Positions 27,457-38,197 of a stretch of 64,000 nt of DNA are shown here, in pieces; positions within the stretch are counted from its first letter, which is position 1, and every line of letters begins with the position of its first letter. The stretch is from Giardia intestinalis (taxonomy: Eukaryota). Under the pieces are notes generated by a model. The model was not told the DNA's origin. It did no database searches and saw only the letters and a program-made list of their open reading frames with translations. The DNA lies in NCBI GenBank assembly GCA_000002435.2, contig CM018789.1. One strand, written 5' to 3'. A program made the position numbers and the translations under genes.

Positions 27457-29415
27457 TCATCTGGATTTGTGTGAATTTGCAAACTTTTCACACATTTGGA
27501 CAAGATGCCGGCTATAACTGCAGTTCAGCACCTCAGGAGAGGTAAGAACCCTCTGAGATATGGTCCTCTTTTGCTCGTCTGTGGCACCAATAAATGCCTT
27601 CTGCACAACATAATTCCCAAATTTGTCCATGGCCGAGGAAAGAAAACTGCTGCTGGCCATAAGGTTTTCGGTGATAAGCGTGCGCATCCTTCTACTACCG
27701 TACTTGAGGCACTTTTCGACGGCGTGGGAGGAAAACTTCTGATTGACGAGAGATCCCTCGTGCCCCAAAATGGGTCTGATCAGGTCGTCTGCCGAGATCA
27801 AACCGCATAAACCGTTGTTTGCTTTCTCTAGCGAATACTGAAATACATAATTCCCGAAGCGATCGACTATAAGCTCCATAACGTGATTCTTGATGGCTGT
27901 GACAATCTGTACACGCTGCGCCTCACTGCAGAGATCCAGGCAGCGCTGTATGATGCAACAGCCGTGTTGGTGGGTGCCTACAAGCACGAGCTCCCGGATT
28001 ATCTGGTCATATATAAAGGTACAATCCTTCGGCGCAAAGGTCTCAATACAGCGCTGCACACAGTGATTGCCATTGATGTCTACGATTAGCTTTATAATTC
28101 TGTCACCTGCTCCAAGTTGTTGGGCAATTATGGCCTTTTCCTCGTCTGAAGAGACACGCTCAAACAGCTTCTGAATAGACCGGGTTCCATGCAGATTTTG
28201 GCAAATGTCAAAGAGGGAATCCTGAATGAGAAGTAGAATCCTTAGCCTCTGACTTGCATCAGAACTTTCAATGATCTTCTGAAAGCAGTAGTTACCCGAG
28301 GGATGGATTAGCAGACTCTCCATTAGGGACGGAGTACTATACTCAGCAATAAAGACGTCCAGCAAATAACGAGACTTGTCGGGAAAGTCAGCCAAATACT
28401 GCTGGAGGATCTTGCACCCGGTGGGTTCCTTGAATGAAAGAACTAACTTTCGTTCGTAGTCGTTCGTAGGAAGGTCTGGCTGAGGAGCGATAGGCTCATT
28501 GGAAAAGACAGTAGTGGTCGAGTTGTGGGTGTCTGAAAGAGCCGAGTGGGTCAGAGTAAATGAAAGAGGACAGGGCCTCATAGTAGTTATCCTTTGTGGT
28601 GTGGTCTGTGATAGATCCACAGAGCATGTGGCCGAGCGAGTCGGCACTGGGCTCTGCATACCGAAAATAGGGCTTGAGCAGCAGGAGGTTCGGTCTGTGT
28701 CTGCGTCCAGTGAGTATGGGAGAACATGTGGCGCATGCACAGTGTCCTGCATGTAGGGGAAGACTTCAGAGGGGAACTTCGTGTATGTGTCAAGTGCCAT
28801 GGGCGCAGGCGGCGACAGGATTGGAAAGGAAAGATGGGGTGCCTCATATGAGGTGGGGGTAGCTATTGGAATGTATGAGATCAGTGCGGGATGGAGAGGA
28901 GGATTGGTGCAGAGCGGAGTAAAGCCATTGGTGTCCACTGGATAAGGAATAGCCGGCAAGACCCCGTTGGCGCCACACGGGATGGGGTCACGCTGCACAT
29001 GCGCTGGCTGATGGGGCTCGCTATAGTAATCGACCCCGGAACTGGGCTGAATCATAGGGCTAGAGTATGGGACGCTATTATAGCAGAAGGGGGGCGTTGC
29101 CAATTTAAAGGTGTGTGGATCTGTTTGTTCAATAGGAGTAAGGCGTGCAGAGTCATTAAATTGCAACTCTCCGTCGCAAGACACCCCTATTCGTGGTATT
29201 GCTTCTAATTCCTCACACTGATTGATGCGGCCGTCACCCAAAAACGCTCCATTTTGTCGGGTTAAACCTGGAGGGAGAATAGGGGTTTGGCGTTCACACC
29301 AGACCTGTGGCCCGGGATCGTAGCCTTGCCAGACGGAACTACTGTCCCCGTCTTTGCGAGAACTTCCCTGCACATTCATTGTTACACACAGTGAATGCTT
29401 CGGTAAAAGTGTCAT
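27457..29415 (-). CDS. Pumilio-family (PUF) RNA-binding protein; low-complexity P/S-rich N-terminus, PUF repeats at the C-terminus
   Basis: Repeat consensus hits: GTRSIQKLFE, GNHCVQRCIE, QHGCCIIQRCLD, RFGNYVFQYSLE, KFGNYVVQKAF. Confidence 0.8.
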   Translation of the reverse strand: MTLLPKHSLCVTMNVQGSSRKDGDSSSVWQGYDPGPQVWCERQTPILPPGLTRQNGAFLGDGRINQCEELEAIPRIGVSCDGELQFNDSARLTPIEQTDPHTFKLATPPFCYNSVPYSSPMIQPSSGVDYYSEPHQPAHVQRDPIPCGANGVLPAIPYPVDTNGFTPLCTNPPLHPALISYIPIATPTSYEAPHLSFPILSPPAPMALDTYTKFPSEVFPYMQDTVHAPHVLPYSLDADTDRTSCCSSPIFGMQSPVPTRSATCSVDLSQTTPQRITTMRPCPLSFTLTHSALSDTHNSTTTVFSNEPIAPQPDLPTNDYERKLVLSFKEPTGCKILQQYLADFPDKSRYLLDVFIAEYSTPSLMESLLIHPSGNYCFQKIIESSDASQRLRILLLIQDSLFDICQNLHGTRSIQKLFERVSSDEEKAIIAQQLGAGDRIIKLIVDINGNHCVQRCIETFAPKDCTFIYDQIIRELVLVGTHQHGCCIIQRCLDLCSEAQRVQIVTAIKNHVMELIVDRFGNYVFQYSLEKANNGLCGLISADDLIRPILGHEGSLVNQKFSSHAVEKCLKYGSRRMRTLITENLMASSSFLSSAMDKFGNYVVQKAFIGATDEQKRTISQRVLTSPEVLNCSYSRHLVQMCEKFANSHKSR

Positions 29416-29586
29416 TTTAGGCTTTTATTGTCCGCCAGACTCAACACTACGATCCGGCCTAATCCGATGGAGAAGGGCGTCAATCACTTGAGTGGCGCAC
29501 GAGGACGTAATACATGTATTGTATTTACACCAGTAGCTCGGGGGGCCGATTGCAGACCATAACCTGTAAGCAGGTGATGGAACGGG

Positions 29587-32500
29587 CTATTGAAGAAAAA
29601 GCGCTTTCATGGCCACAGCTATCTTTATTCGGATTTCGCGAGAATCACTAACAATCAGGCTTATGCAGAGATTGAATAGGGTTTTTCGTTGAGACGCTAT
29701 CTGCTCCCATCGCAGGCTTGCAAGACTAGTGAGTGCAGCCCCAACAACGATAACCATGTTCTCGTGTGCACGTGACTGTGAAGACTCTGCCTTTTCCAAA
29801 AGGTCTGTGTAGACTTGAAGCACTTCAATGATCTTAGTCAACACAACCTGGTCTATGGCGCTATCTCCGTTCATGCGCGAGCCTGCTATGAAGAGCCCGA
29901 CTAGCAAGGTATTCTCATCATCAGCTCCAGAGAACTTACTTTTCTGAATCAATTCAATCATAGTAATTAGACGAAAAATCAATCCACGCAAGTGCTCCAA
30001 TTCTATGCCCTGTGCTACTTGTTCTAAATGTTCATAGAGCCGTGCATAGGTATTAATTAAATGGGAGATATAATCGTATATGCCTATGTAACTTCCGGAT
30101 GATCCGCTAGACGCCCCATCACCTCCTTTCTGCTGCCCCTCTGCCACTAGGGACTGCCTGGCTTTTGTGTTCTCTACCCAACTTTCCACAGCGTCTACAA
30201 GACTGGTCATGAACTTCAGAGCCTGTGCAGGACTGGTGTACCCCATGGCGTGCACAATCTCTAACTCCAGACTCTCCCCGCCAGAGATTTGAATCTGCCG
30301 CTCTATAAGGATGCTTAGTATGTCGCACAAATACGATGTAAGAATTTTGTAGAAGGTGAGTATGGTGCGGCTCCCAGTCGTAAATATAACGTTCTCCAGT
30401 CCATAGAGGACCACACTATATATGGCGGTGCTCATCCGCTGATCCAGAAGATAATCAAGAAGTGTATCAAGCACTGTGTGGTACCCACAGCCAGAATCCT
30501 CACAGATCTGCAAGCGCGTGCTTTCTAGAACTAGAACAGGCTCACCCTTCTGCCTGATCTTCAACAAATTCTTTAGGATAGGGATTCTTTTGCCAGGATC
30601 ATGGTTTGTTAGCACGTAAAGGTTGCTGGCGTTACATGCACAAAGCGACATTCGAGGTTCAGCCTTGGTTCGCGCAGAAATAGAGGACAGTAGTGACCCC
30701 ACAACAACCTCTTTCAAGATCATCATCGGAGTTATTTTCAAGTGGTTGCAAGGGGTGAGTTGACCTTTCATAAGTTTCCCCACGAATTCGCGCAGTAAGT
30801 TAATGGCAATATGTCTGGCCGCTTCAGCACTATCCAGGCTCAGCTCAGAAAGAATCCCTACAGTAGCTATAAAGGAGTGTGCATAAGGATTTCCAACAGA
30901 TAAGGTCGCCAGGTCATCTGCGTAGTTAGAATCACAATGTGTTAGAGACGCTCCTGCTGAATCAACCTGTGAAAAGGAGCATGCCATGTATTCATAGGCG
31001 AGATAAATGAGCCTGGTGAACGTACCCATAGACGAAGTGGCGATATTTGAGTCTATCTGCTGTTGTGATAATGCATAGCTCATCCGGACACAGGCCGAAA
31101 TAAGTGTCTTCTGCTTCTCAAGTAGATCCAGTATCCGTTTAGCGATAGAGTCGCAGCGACTGATGAGAAAGTTCAGCCTGCCTAAGTCATCCTCCATATT
31201 CTGAGGTAGTTGCGCAAGAGGTTGCAAAGGAGATCGAGACGGCGATGTACTTCTTAGTGCAGAGATGGACGGAGTGACCAATACTGAGGACTCTGTCTTG
31301 AAGTCCAAGGAGTCTGTTGATTGAAGGCTCTGTTCAGACTGTGAAAGGGGGTCGCCGGATTGGACTGAGGAACTCACAACACCCTTAACGGCGCCTTTCC
31401 GCAAAGACACTCGTGTGACGGTTATCTCTACTGCGCGTGCGATGTCCTCGATTGTGGAGGTTGACGTGTAGAGACTATCAGAAACGGAGTACAATAACTG
31501 CAGCTCCTCTAAAAAGTTAAGGACCAGATCTATCACCTGAATATATGGAGTCTTTTCGAGCAAACTTATCATCGGTTTCATAAGTGCTCGTTGAAGGGCG
31601 GAGTCATTCAGAGACACATTTGAAGAAGTCACGGACGATGCGTCAGACGTTATACTATCGTCTAGAAGCGGCGCCTTTGGCGGTACCTTCAACGACTTGA
31701 TACGCGAGCGTGAACGCATGTGTTGACTCTTCCCCTGAGCAACCTCCAGAGACTTTGATGGCTGCACTGACAGACTAGAGTGCTGCTTAAATCTTGCAAA
31801 ATACGTTCTGATCACTGATTGGTGAGACCCAAGGCAGAGTATCACTAAGCTTTCATCCGGGTTGCTATAAGCATCGGAGAGCATGGGCTGTATCTCCGAG
31901 AAAGTCTTCTTCAATCGATCAAGAGAATTCTTTGCAATTCCCTCAAGGACATAGAGACCCTTCTTAAGGTAATAGGCTGCGCGTTCTTTGTCGCTGCATA
32001 CTGCATTAGTGGTGGCAGCGAGCGTCTGAGCAGAACAGCTTACAAAGGCACGGAACAGATTGATAAGGCTTTTCGACGGAAAGCTCATGAACCTGTTGTA
32101 TATGTCATCTAAGATGTGTCTATCTAGGAGATTGTACATGTAATAAATCAAGGCGGCGTCATCCCACTCCATTTCATCGTCATTGCTATCACCAAGGTCT
32201 AAGCATCGTTGTATGAACTGTATGTCGTGGTCAATCCGGTGAGTCTGGACCATCATAGAGGTGATAAAAGACTTCTTGGTCGATATGGTCAGCGAGGAAT
32301 CGCTCTTATATGCATCCATATTGAAAATTCTAAGAAGCTCGCTGCGATCTAAGCGAGGAAACTGGTTTTTATCTGCCACGTCGAAGTAGTATTCAACACA
32401 CGCAAAGACCTGCAGGTAGAGATCCCAACAATCCCCGCCAGATAGCTTTCCCATGTACATCTTGGTCAAAAGAGTCGTTTTATTTTCAAAGTGGTTTGCA

Positions 32501-35500
32501 AAGGATAGGGCTGGTGGCTCGCCGCTTAAACCCGTGCGGGAATAGGGTTCTACGATTAAAGGGTTGATGGCAGGAGGCTTTGTCTTCTCAAGATTGGCGA
32601 GGATATAGACAAACTCGAGTAGTACGTGTATCACAGTAACAACGTAACAGACAGACGTGCTCTTGGCCCTGGAAACCTCTAGTCCATTCAGGGATCGATC
32701 AAACTTTGAATCTGTATGAGACGCGCTTTGCTCTCTAGAAACAATCAGTGCGTGATTAGTTGGACTTATGCTCAACACAGAAAGGCTCTTGATATTAGTT
32801 AGCTGAATAAGCTCATCGACAACCGCTCGGCATATAGGCCTGGTCTGGCGAAGGAGAGTGCAGTGCAAAAGAGAAAGAAGTGTAAAGAAGGGACGTAGAC
32901 ACAAAAGGAAGGTCTGCTCACTGACAGTGGGCGCCTGAGTAAGTGTGTGTAAGAGCTCTAGGTGTACGGACGAGTCCAGTTTGAGTAGAAGAGATTCAAA
33001 GAACGCAAAGTGATATTTCTCAGCAAGTCGTGCTATCATGGTAGGAGCATATATGACAGCTGAAGCCTTAGTCAAATCTGCATCCAGTGAAACTGATTTT
33101 GTACTCTTCCGTGGGCTTTCTAACAGGACTTCGACATCTATCCACTCCTTCATACATGCAGTGGCCAAATAGGGATAGTACTGGTGGCCGTGGGCAATCA
33201 TGTTTAGAGTTGTATCCTTGCTCCCTGGCGTTGGAGCATTTGCTTTGATGACTATGCCATTGAAAATTGTCTTTGTTCCTCCCGGTGCTTTAAAGTATTT
33301 ATCCATGAGCTCGACAATCTCTCTTTTAGTATCTATACTACCCAAGGAGAATGGATTGGCGGCTATGTTGTCGTATATAGAGTCAAGAAGCTCACGCGTG
33401 AGAATATTGGCCGTGTCTATACCCTTAGTGTTGTTAAAGAACGTGTCTTTTGTCATACGTTGTGTCTTGATTGCCTTGTTGTGTAGGTCGGTGTTAAGCA
33501 TGACAATAGCAAACATGAGACCGTTACAAACCTGGTGATGTTTAATAACGGCCGTGCTGGCTTGCACATATGCATACGAGATACACGTCATAATCCTTGA
33601 GATAACCTGCCCTTCTCCCGGAAGCTTAAAGTGGCTAAGAATATCCCGAAGAGCTTCCTCTACTGGTAGCTGGCCATTAGAGTTAAGGCGTATATTGCTA
33701 TTTCTATTCGTAGATAAGCCGTTCCACTTATCAGAAAAGATCATAACGTATTCATAGAGGGTGCAATAGTTAGGATTGTCTATTCCGCCAATAATCTCTC
33801 CAACAACCTCCTGTGGGATGCCAATCTTTGTGAAGGTATTTTCGGTGACATTGTCAATCAGAAACTGCGCCACTGATCTGTAGTGTTCGCTTGCGTTCAT
33901 AAATCCGGCTTTGTATTTCTCCATGGTATACGTAGAGTAGTACCACTCTTCGTCAAATGACCGTCTTCTGCCTGTTACTGGCTCAGGGAGAGACAGTGTG
34001 GTAGGGGAGTCTAGCGGAACAAGTCTGAGTATTTTATTATTAGCAACAAAGTAATCGACACCCTTTTTCATCTTTCTATCAAATAGAAGATATCCCTTAT
34101 CAAATAGACGCTTCTTGTTGTGATCTTCCATGAGCTCCTTGATATTGTATCTGTTCTGCATATAGTTGAAAAGCTCTGAGTGTTTGCTCATTGTTTTCTC
34201 GGAGCCAGAAGGCACACACTCCAGCGGAATCCTTTGCTCTGCAATAGAGTCGTACTGGTGCAAATAGGACCAATAGGAGATAGAGTATGCTATGCGGCTC
34301 AGTGCATATATGGCTGCCTCTGTACAGTTTGTCAGCGAGCAGGTAGCAGGAGACAGATAGTTAAAGCTCTTGGAGCTGTTATAGACGTTCACCCCAAGAT
34401 GGTGAGCATACATGATCAGATTAGGAACAAAGTCTGAAGACTCTTGCAGAGTGATGGATGAAGTTGGACGCTCGGTAGAATTGCTACTGTCTGCTATTGT
34501 GGTCTTTGTCAGTGTATGTGGAGACTCTCCAGGCTTCATCCCAACATCCTGTGCCAAAATGGATGTAGTGGTAATGGGAGATGCAAAGGAGGGTTCATAG
34601 CGATGCAAGTACTTGGAGATAAGGTGAAAGAAGAACTTGTGCACAGATGTTTGGAAGGAGTAGACCATGGTTGGGATCTGATAGGAAACATTCTGGGCGT
34701 CACCGGATTGTACCTGTGATATCATATATTTTTGAGAAGAGAACTTCTTGCCTGACGATGCAGAGCCTGTGTATTCGGTGACAGCGGAAACTAAGCGATA
34801 TATAAGGTCGGATGACTCAAAATCGCAATCGAAAGTGACAAATAAATTAAATATGTAGTCAAAGGGGCGAGGAAAGAGAAGCTTGACATACTCGTAATCA
34901 TTGACATCAAGAAGCTCGTGATTTGGATACGAGTATTTGAATGCAAAGCGCTCTAACTCGGAAATTCCAAACACAAACGTGCTATTGAGGACATCACCGC
35001 TAAAAATGCGGCCTATATGGGCTAGAATGCCCATCTTTAACTCTCCGCATGGTACGTCAGGCTCCTCCAAGATCTTAAATATTGTATGTTCAAAGTACGC
35101 CTTTATACATTTGGCAGAAATGTGAAAACAATAAATCCGCAGGATAAGCTCCAGCAAGGCAAAAGCAACGGTGACAATGACAGGCTGGGTTGAGTGGGTG
35201 ACAATGAAGCGCTTGGGAACTATAGTTAACAAATCTTCTGAAACGATTCTTAAGATGACAGGCTCTAGGTAAAAGTAATTTGAAAAGTAGAAGAGAAGAT
35301 ACATTGCGGTAATAGTTATTCGCCGTAATTCATCGTGTGCTACTACCTGGAAAAGAGCACTATTGTAAGTGAGCTCCAGGACTTCAGCAAAGCGAATCGA
35401 AAACCCTGCATCTCCAGTTGCAACAGAAGAGCCTTGGGTCACAGCCCCGTCCCCTGAGCTACCACCACCAAATGGCAACCGAAAGATGCCACCACTCGTG

Positions 35501-36255
35501 GTTCCTGCAGGAAGCAACAGGGTAGGGCTTTCATCCGAGAAGAACTGGAGGATCCTCAAAAGGAACTTAATGTACGAACTGAGAGTAACAATATACTCCT
35601 CAGATAACTCAGTGCTTACTCTACTATTGCTTAAGTGTTTGTTTAAAGAGAGGGTTGCATGATAAAGTGATAGTGAAGCATGTGGTGCATACGTTTTACT
35701 GGATGCCAGGCCCAGCAGGATTTTGCACATGTTTATATAGGACGGTCCAGAAAGCCCTACCTCGCATACGCAAAGGTTCTCGATCAAGGAAAGGAGCTGC
35801 TTGATGGTCTGGTCTTTGTGGAGCTCTGGCTGGGGCTTGTTGAAGAGGCGCCATATCACTATGGCAAGATATGTACTGAAATTCTTTGGTGGCTGACCGT
35901 TATCATCAGCTACGGGCTCACTCATTCTCAGAGTCCTGATATCAAATTTTCTTACATTGGTTGGTTCGCGCAGAACAAAATAGGTAAGGACCAAAAGGCT
36001 CTCAAAGACGATAGAAGGCAGAGGTTTGTCTCTAAGAATGGAAGTAGTGAACGAAAAAAGCTCCGACATTATCTCGGACGAAACAGACACGTTGCTTGTC
36101 TTCGCTACAGAGGAAACCAGGTGCTGTAGCTCTGAGCGCAGTTTCTTCGCCTGCTTCACGTACCCATGATCAGCCTTGGTGGACGGGTCTTCTATTTTGG
36201 ACAAACAGGTACATGTATACCCAATTGTGTCCTGACTAAGTGAAAAGGACTGCAT
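29587..36255 (-). CDS. large Sec7-domain ARF guanine-nucleotide exchange factor (BIG/GBF1-like), 2222 aa
   Basis: Sec7 core motif ...LMFAIVMLNTDLHNKAIKTQRMTKDTFFNNTKGID... (the LNTDLHN box), embedded in a ~2200-aa HEAT/armadillo-like scaffold as in BIG/GBF. Confidence 0.8.
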   Translation of the reverse strand: MQSFSLSQDTIGYTCTCLSKIEDPSTKADHGYVKQAKKLRSELQHLVSSVAKTSNVSVSSEIMSELFSFTTSILRDKPLPSIVFESLLVLTYFVLREPTNVRKFDIRTLRMSEPVADDNGQPPKNFSTYLAIVIWRLFNKPQPELHKDQTIKQLLSLIENLCVCEVGLSGPSYINMCKILLGLASSKTYAPHASLSLYHATLSLNKHLSNSRVSTELSEEYIVTLSSYIKFLLRILQFFSDESPTLLLPAGTTSGGIFRLPFGGGSSGDGAVTQGSSVATGDAGFSIRFAEVLELTYNSALFQVVAHDELRRITITAMYLLFYFSNYFYLEPVILRIVSEDLLTIVPKRFIVTHSTQPVIVTVAFALLELILRIYCFHISAKCIKAYFEHTIFKILEEPDVPCGELKMGILAHIGRIFSGDVLNSTFVFGISELERFAFKYSYPNHELLDVNDYEYVKLLFPRPFDYIFNLFVTFDCDFESSDLIYRLVSAVTEYTGSASSGKKFSSQKYMISQVQSGDAQNVSYQIPTMVYSFQTSVHKFFFHLISKYLHRYEPSFASPITTTSILAQDVGMKPGESPHTLTKTTIADSSNSTERPTSSITLQESSDFVPNLIMYAHHLGVNVYNSSKSFNYLSPATCSLTNCTEAAIYALSRIAYSISYWSYLHQYDSIAEQRIPLECVPSGSEKTMSKHSELFNYMQNRYNIKELMEDHNKKRLFDKGYLLFDRKMKKGVDYFVANNKILRLVPLDSPTTLSLPEPVTGRRRSFDEEWYYSTYTMEKYKAGFMNASEHYRSVAQFLIDNVTENTFTKIGIPQEVVGEIIGGIDNPNYCTLYEYVMIFSDKWNGLSTNRNSNIRLNSNGQLPVEEALRDILSHFKLPGEGQVISRIMTCISYAYVQASTAVIKHHQVCNGLMFAIVMLNTDLHNKAIKTQRMTKDTFFNNTKGIDTANILTRELLDSIYDNIAANPFSLGSIDTKREIVELMDKYFKAPGGTKTIFNGIVIKANAPTPGSKDTTLNMIAHGHQYYPYLATACMKEWIDVEVLLESPRKSTKSVSLDADLTKASAVIYAPTMIARLAEKYHFAFFESLLLKLDSSVHLELLHTLTQAPTVSEQTFLLCLRPFFTLLSLLHCTLLRQTRPICRAVVDELIQLTNIKSLSVLSISPTNHALIVSREQSASHTDSKFDRSLNGLEVSRAKSTSVCYVVTVIHVLLEFVYILANLEKTKPPAINPLIVEPYSRTGLSGEPPALSFANHFENKTTLLTKMYMGKLSGGDCWDLYLQVFACVEYYFDVADKNQFPRLDRSELLRIFNMDAYKSDSSLTISTKKSFITSMMVQTHRIDHDIQFIQRCLDLGDSNDDEMEWDDAALIYYMYNLLDRHILDDIYNRFMSFPSKSLINLFRAFVSCSAQTLAATTNAVCSDKERAAYYLKKGLYVLEGIAKNSLDRLKKTFSEIQPMLSDAYSNPDESLVILCLGSHQSVIRTYFARFKQHSSLSVQPSKSLEVAQGKSQHMRSRSRIKSLKVPPKAPLLDDSITSDASSVTSSNVSLNDSALQRALMKPMISLLEKTPYIQVIDLVLNFLEELQLLYSVSDSLYTSTSTIEDIARAVEITVTRVSLRKGAVKGVVSSSVQSGDPLSQSEQSLQSTDSLDFKTESSVLVTPSISALRSTSPSRSPLQPLAQLPQNMEDDLGRLNFLISRCDSIAKRILDLLEKQKTLISACVRMSYALSQQQIDSNIATSSMGTFTRLIYLAYEYMACSFSQVDSAGASLTHCDSNYADDLATLSVGNPYAHSFIATVGILSELSLDSAEAARHIAINLLREFVGKLMKGQLTPCNHLKITPMMILKEVVVGSLLSSISARTKAEPRMSLCACNASNLYVLTNHDPGKRIPILKNLLKIRQKGEPVLVLESTRLQICEDSGCGYHTVLDTLLDYLLDQRMSTAIYSVVLYGLENVIFTTGSRTILTFYKILTSYLCDILSILIERQIQISGGESLELEIVHAMGYTSPAQALKFMTSLVDAVESWVENTKARQSLVAEGQQKGGDGASSGSSGSYIGIYDYISHLINTYARLYEHLEQVAQGIELEHLRGLIFRLITMIELIQKSKFSGADDENTLLVGLFIAGSRMNGDSAIDQVVLTKIIEVLQVYTDLLEKAESSQSRAHENMVIVVGAALTSLASLRWEQIASQRKTLFNLCISLIVSDSREIRIKIAVAMKALFLQ

Positions 36256-36351
36256 TTTTTATAAAATGAGCATTAATCAAATCTTTAAAACTTACCTGGC
36301 CCTTCACCTTTTCGCTTTGCAGCGTCAGCGCAGCAAGACAGACAATTGAAG

Positions 36352-37821
36352 ATGGGGGATACAAGCTTCTATGATAGATATGCTGTAGAAGACAAGGGCT
36401 ACTACACTGCGAGAGACGTGCCGAGAACAGACTTTCGTTCCACCTATGAGCTCAACCCCGCCATAGAAGACGTTCTCAACGAAGCACTCTATAAAGACGT
36501 AGCCGATGAAGGGCTCAAAGAACTGTACCAGGCGCTCCAGGAGCGTGCTGGAAAGGCAATCAACGAGAACAAGCGGCTAGCCGCGCAGTTGGAGGAGATC
36601 ACACAGGACAAGCTCACCCTCCAGTCATCTCTAGAAGATGTCAGGGGGCAGTTCCAGCAGGCCCAGCAGAACATTACGTTGCTCCTAAGCCAGATGAAGG
36701 CTGCTGATGACGATATAGTTTCATTAACAAGTGCTAACACTAAGGTAGAGTCTGAACTGGAAGCAATCCGAGTCGAGCTTTTTAATCTACGAGAGGAAAA
36801 TAAAAAAATTAAGGCTATAGAGGCAGATTATGTGGAGCAAATAGAGCGGCTTACAGAGGCGCTGAACGAGGAGAAGAAAGAGCGAAGTCGATTTGAGCGT
36901 AAGTTCAATGAGTATAAGCAGAAACTGAACGTCAAGGCCTCGGAATTGGATGAGCTGCGGGATAAGTTCGAGCTGACAGACGAGGAGCGTAACATTTATC
37001 AGGCTGAATGCATCAAAGGAAGCATGACTGGTTACGGTAAGCCTGCTGGATACTCTGCACTGGACATCTATACTCTCAAGGAGGACTTCAAGAGTCTCCA
37101 AGAAAAGTCTCATCTCACCAGCATTAGCTTTAAGTCTGGGAAAGTGGCCGTGGACTCTGTGGACGCCCTTTCTCCGGATGATTCTTATAAACTCCTGGAG
37201 AAGTATGGTAATGAGCCATTTCTAGCATCAACAGACCTTGCTTCTGCGGTGAAGCCCGTAAAGACAACCGTGCCCCCTCGTCCTCCCAGGGAGCAGTCTG
37301 GCAACACCCACCAGGGCGCTACGCCGACCTCAGATGCATCGGACAGTAGCTCGACCATAGACGAGCTCTTTGCTAAGTACATGGACTTCGACGCCCTCAA
37401 GAGAGCAAAGCTCGATGGCGCTCCATTGGAGGCAAACGCCTTTGGAAATACCGTGGAAGCATTACTCATCGATAGTAATAAGAAGAAGCCTGTAGCCCTG
37501 AATCTTACGCTGAACTCAGATGAAGCCGCAAGGTTCGCAAAACCGTCCCTTCTGGAGCGCCATCTCAGACAGGAGCAGTTTCAAGAAATGCAGCCACCAG
37601 CGCCTGCATCAGACATTACTGATATCATGCGCAAGTACGGCGCCCCAGCTGCCGCTGATACCACTCAGGAGAAATTTGGCAATGCAACTTCACGAAGTAC
37701 TTCACACACTCTGGCCATGAGTCTCTTTGGAGATGCCACAACTGCACTGCCACATACAGAACGATATTGGACAACAGAACAGCCACTACTGACAAAGTAC
37801 ACGGCCGATTATGGGTTTTGA
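36352..37821 (+). CDS. coiled-coil protein (hypothetical)
   Basis: The track start is TTG at 36346 and the first ATG is 36352. Residues ~60-230 are heptad-like and rich in E/K/L/Q. Confidence 0.5.
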   Translation: MGDTSFYDRYAVEDKGYYTARDVPRTDFRSTYELNPAIEDVLNEALYKDVADEGLKELYQALQERAGKAINENKRLAAQLEEITQDKLTLQSSLEDVRGQFQQAQQNITLLLSQMKAADDDIVSLTSANTKVESELEAIRVELFNLREENKKIKAIEADYVEQIERLTEALNEEKKERSRFERKFNEYKQKLNVKASELDELRDKFELTDEERNIYQAECIKGSMTGYGKPAGYSALDIYTLKEDFKSLQEKSHLTSISFKSGKVAVDSVDALSPDDSYKLLEKYGNEPFLASTDLASAVKPVKTTVPPRPPREQSGNTHQGATPTSDASDSSSTIDELFAKYMDFDALKRAKLDGAPLEANAFGNTVEALLIDSNKKKPVALNLTLNSDEAARFAKPSLLERHLRQEQFQEMQPPAPASDITDIMRKYGAPAAADTTQEKFGNATSRSTSHTLAMSLFGDATTALPHTERYWTTEQPLLTKYTADYGF

Positions 37822-37898
37822 TAATCCATAGATTGGCACCCTTCGTACGTTAATGCAAACTTCGGGCTTCGCAGTGTACGCCATCCATCAGAAATAAA

Positions 37899-38153
37899 AT
37901 GACAAAGTTGCACCATAAGTCGCTATGCTTTGCCTACCTTTGGTGGTTTTTCTTGGGGCTATTTGGTGCGCACCGCTTTTATCTTCACAAGTACTGCACT
38001 GCGGTTATCTGGCTCTTCACCGCAGGGCTCTTTGGAATTGGGTGGCTTGTTGACATCTGCTTAATGCCCGGAATGGTTAGTCACTATAATGTGGTGGTCG
38101 ATGGAAACCGTGCTCAAGTAATAGAGGCCAACAATATGAGGCATGCTGTATAG
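37899..38153 (+). CDS. TM2-domain small membrane protein
   Basis: WWFFLGLFGAHRFYLHKYCTAVIWLFTAGLFGIGWLVD matches the TM2 signature (G..GxHRFYLG...GxxGxxWxxD). Confidence 0.6.
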   Translation: MTKLHHKSLCFAYLWWFFLGLFGAHRFYLHKYCTAVIWLFTAGLFGIGWLVDICLMPGMVSHYNVVVDGNRAQVIEANNMRHAV

Positions 38154-38197
38154 CGCAGCAAAGTGAACTGCACGGCAGCAAACCACATCTACATCAT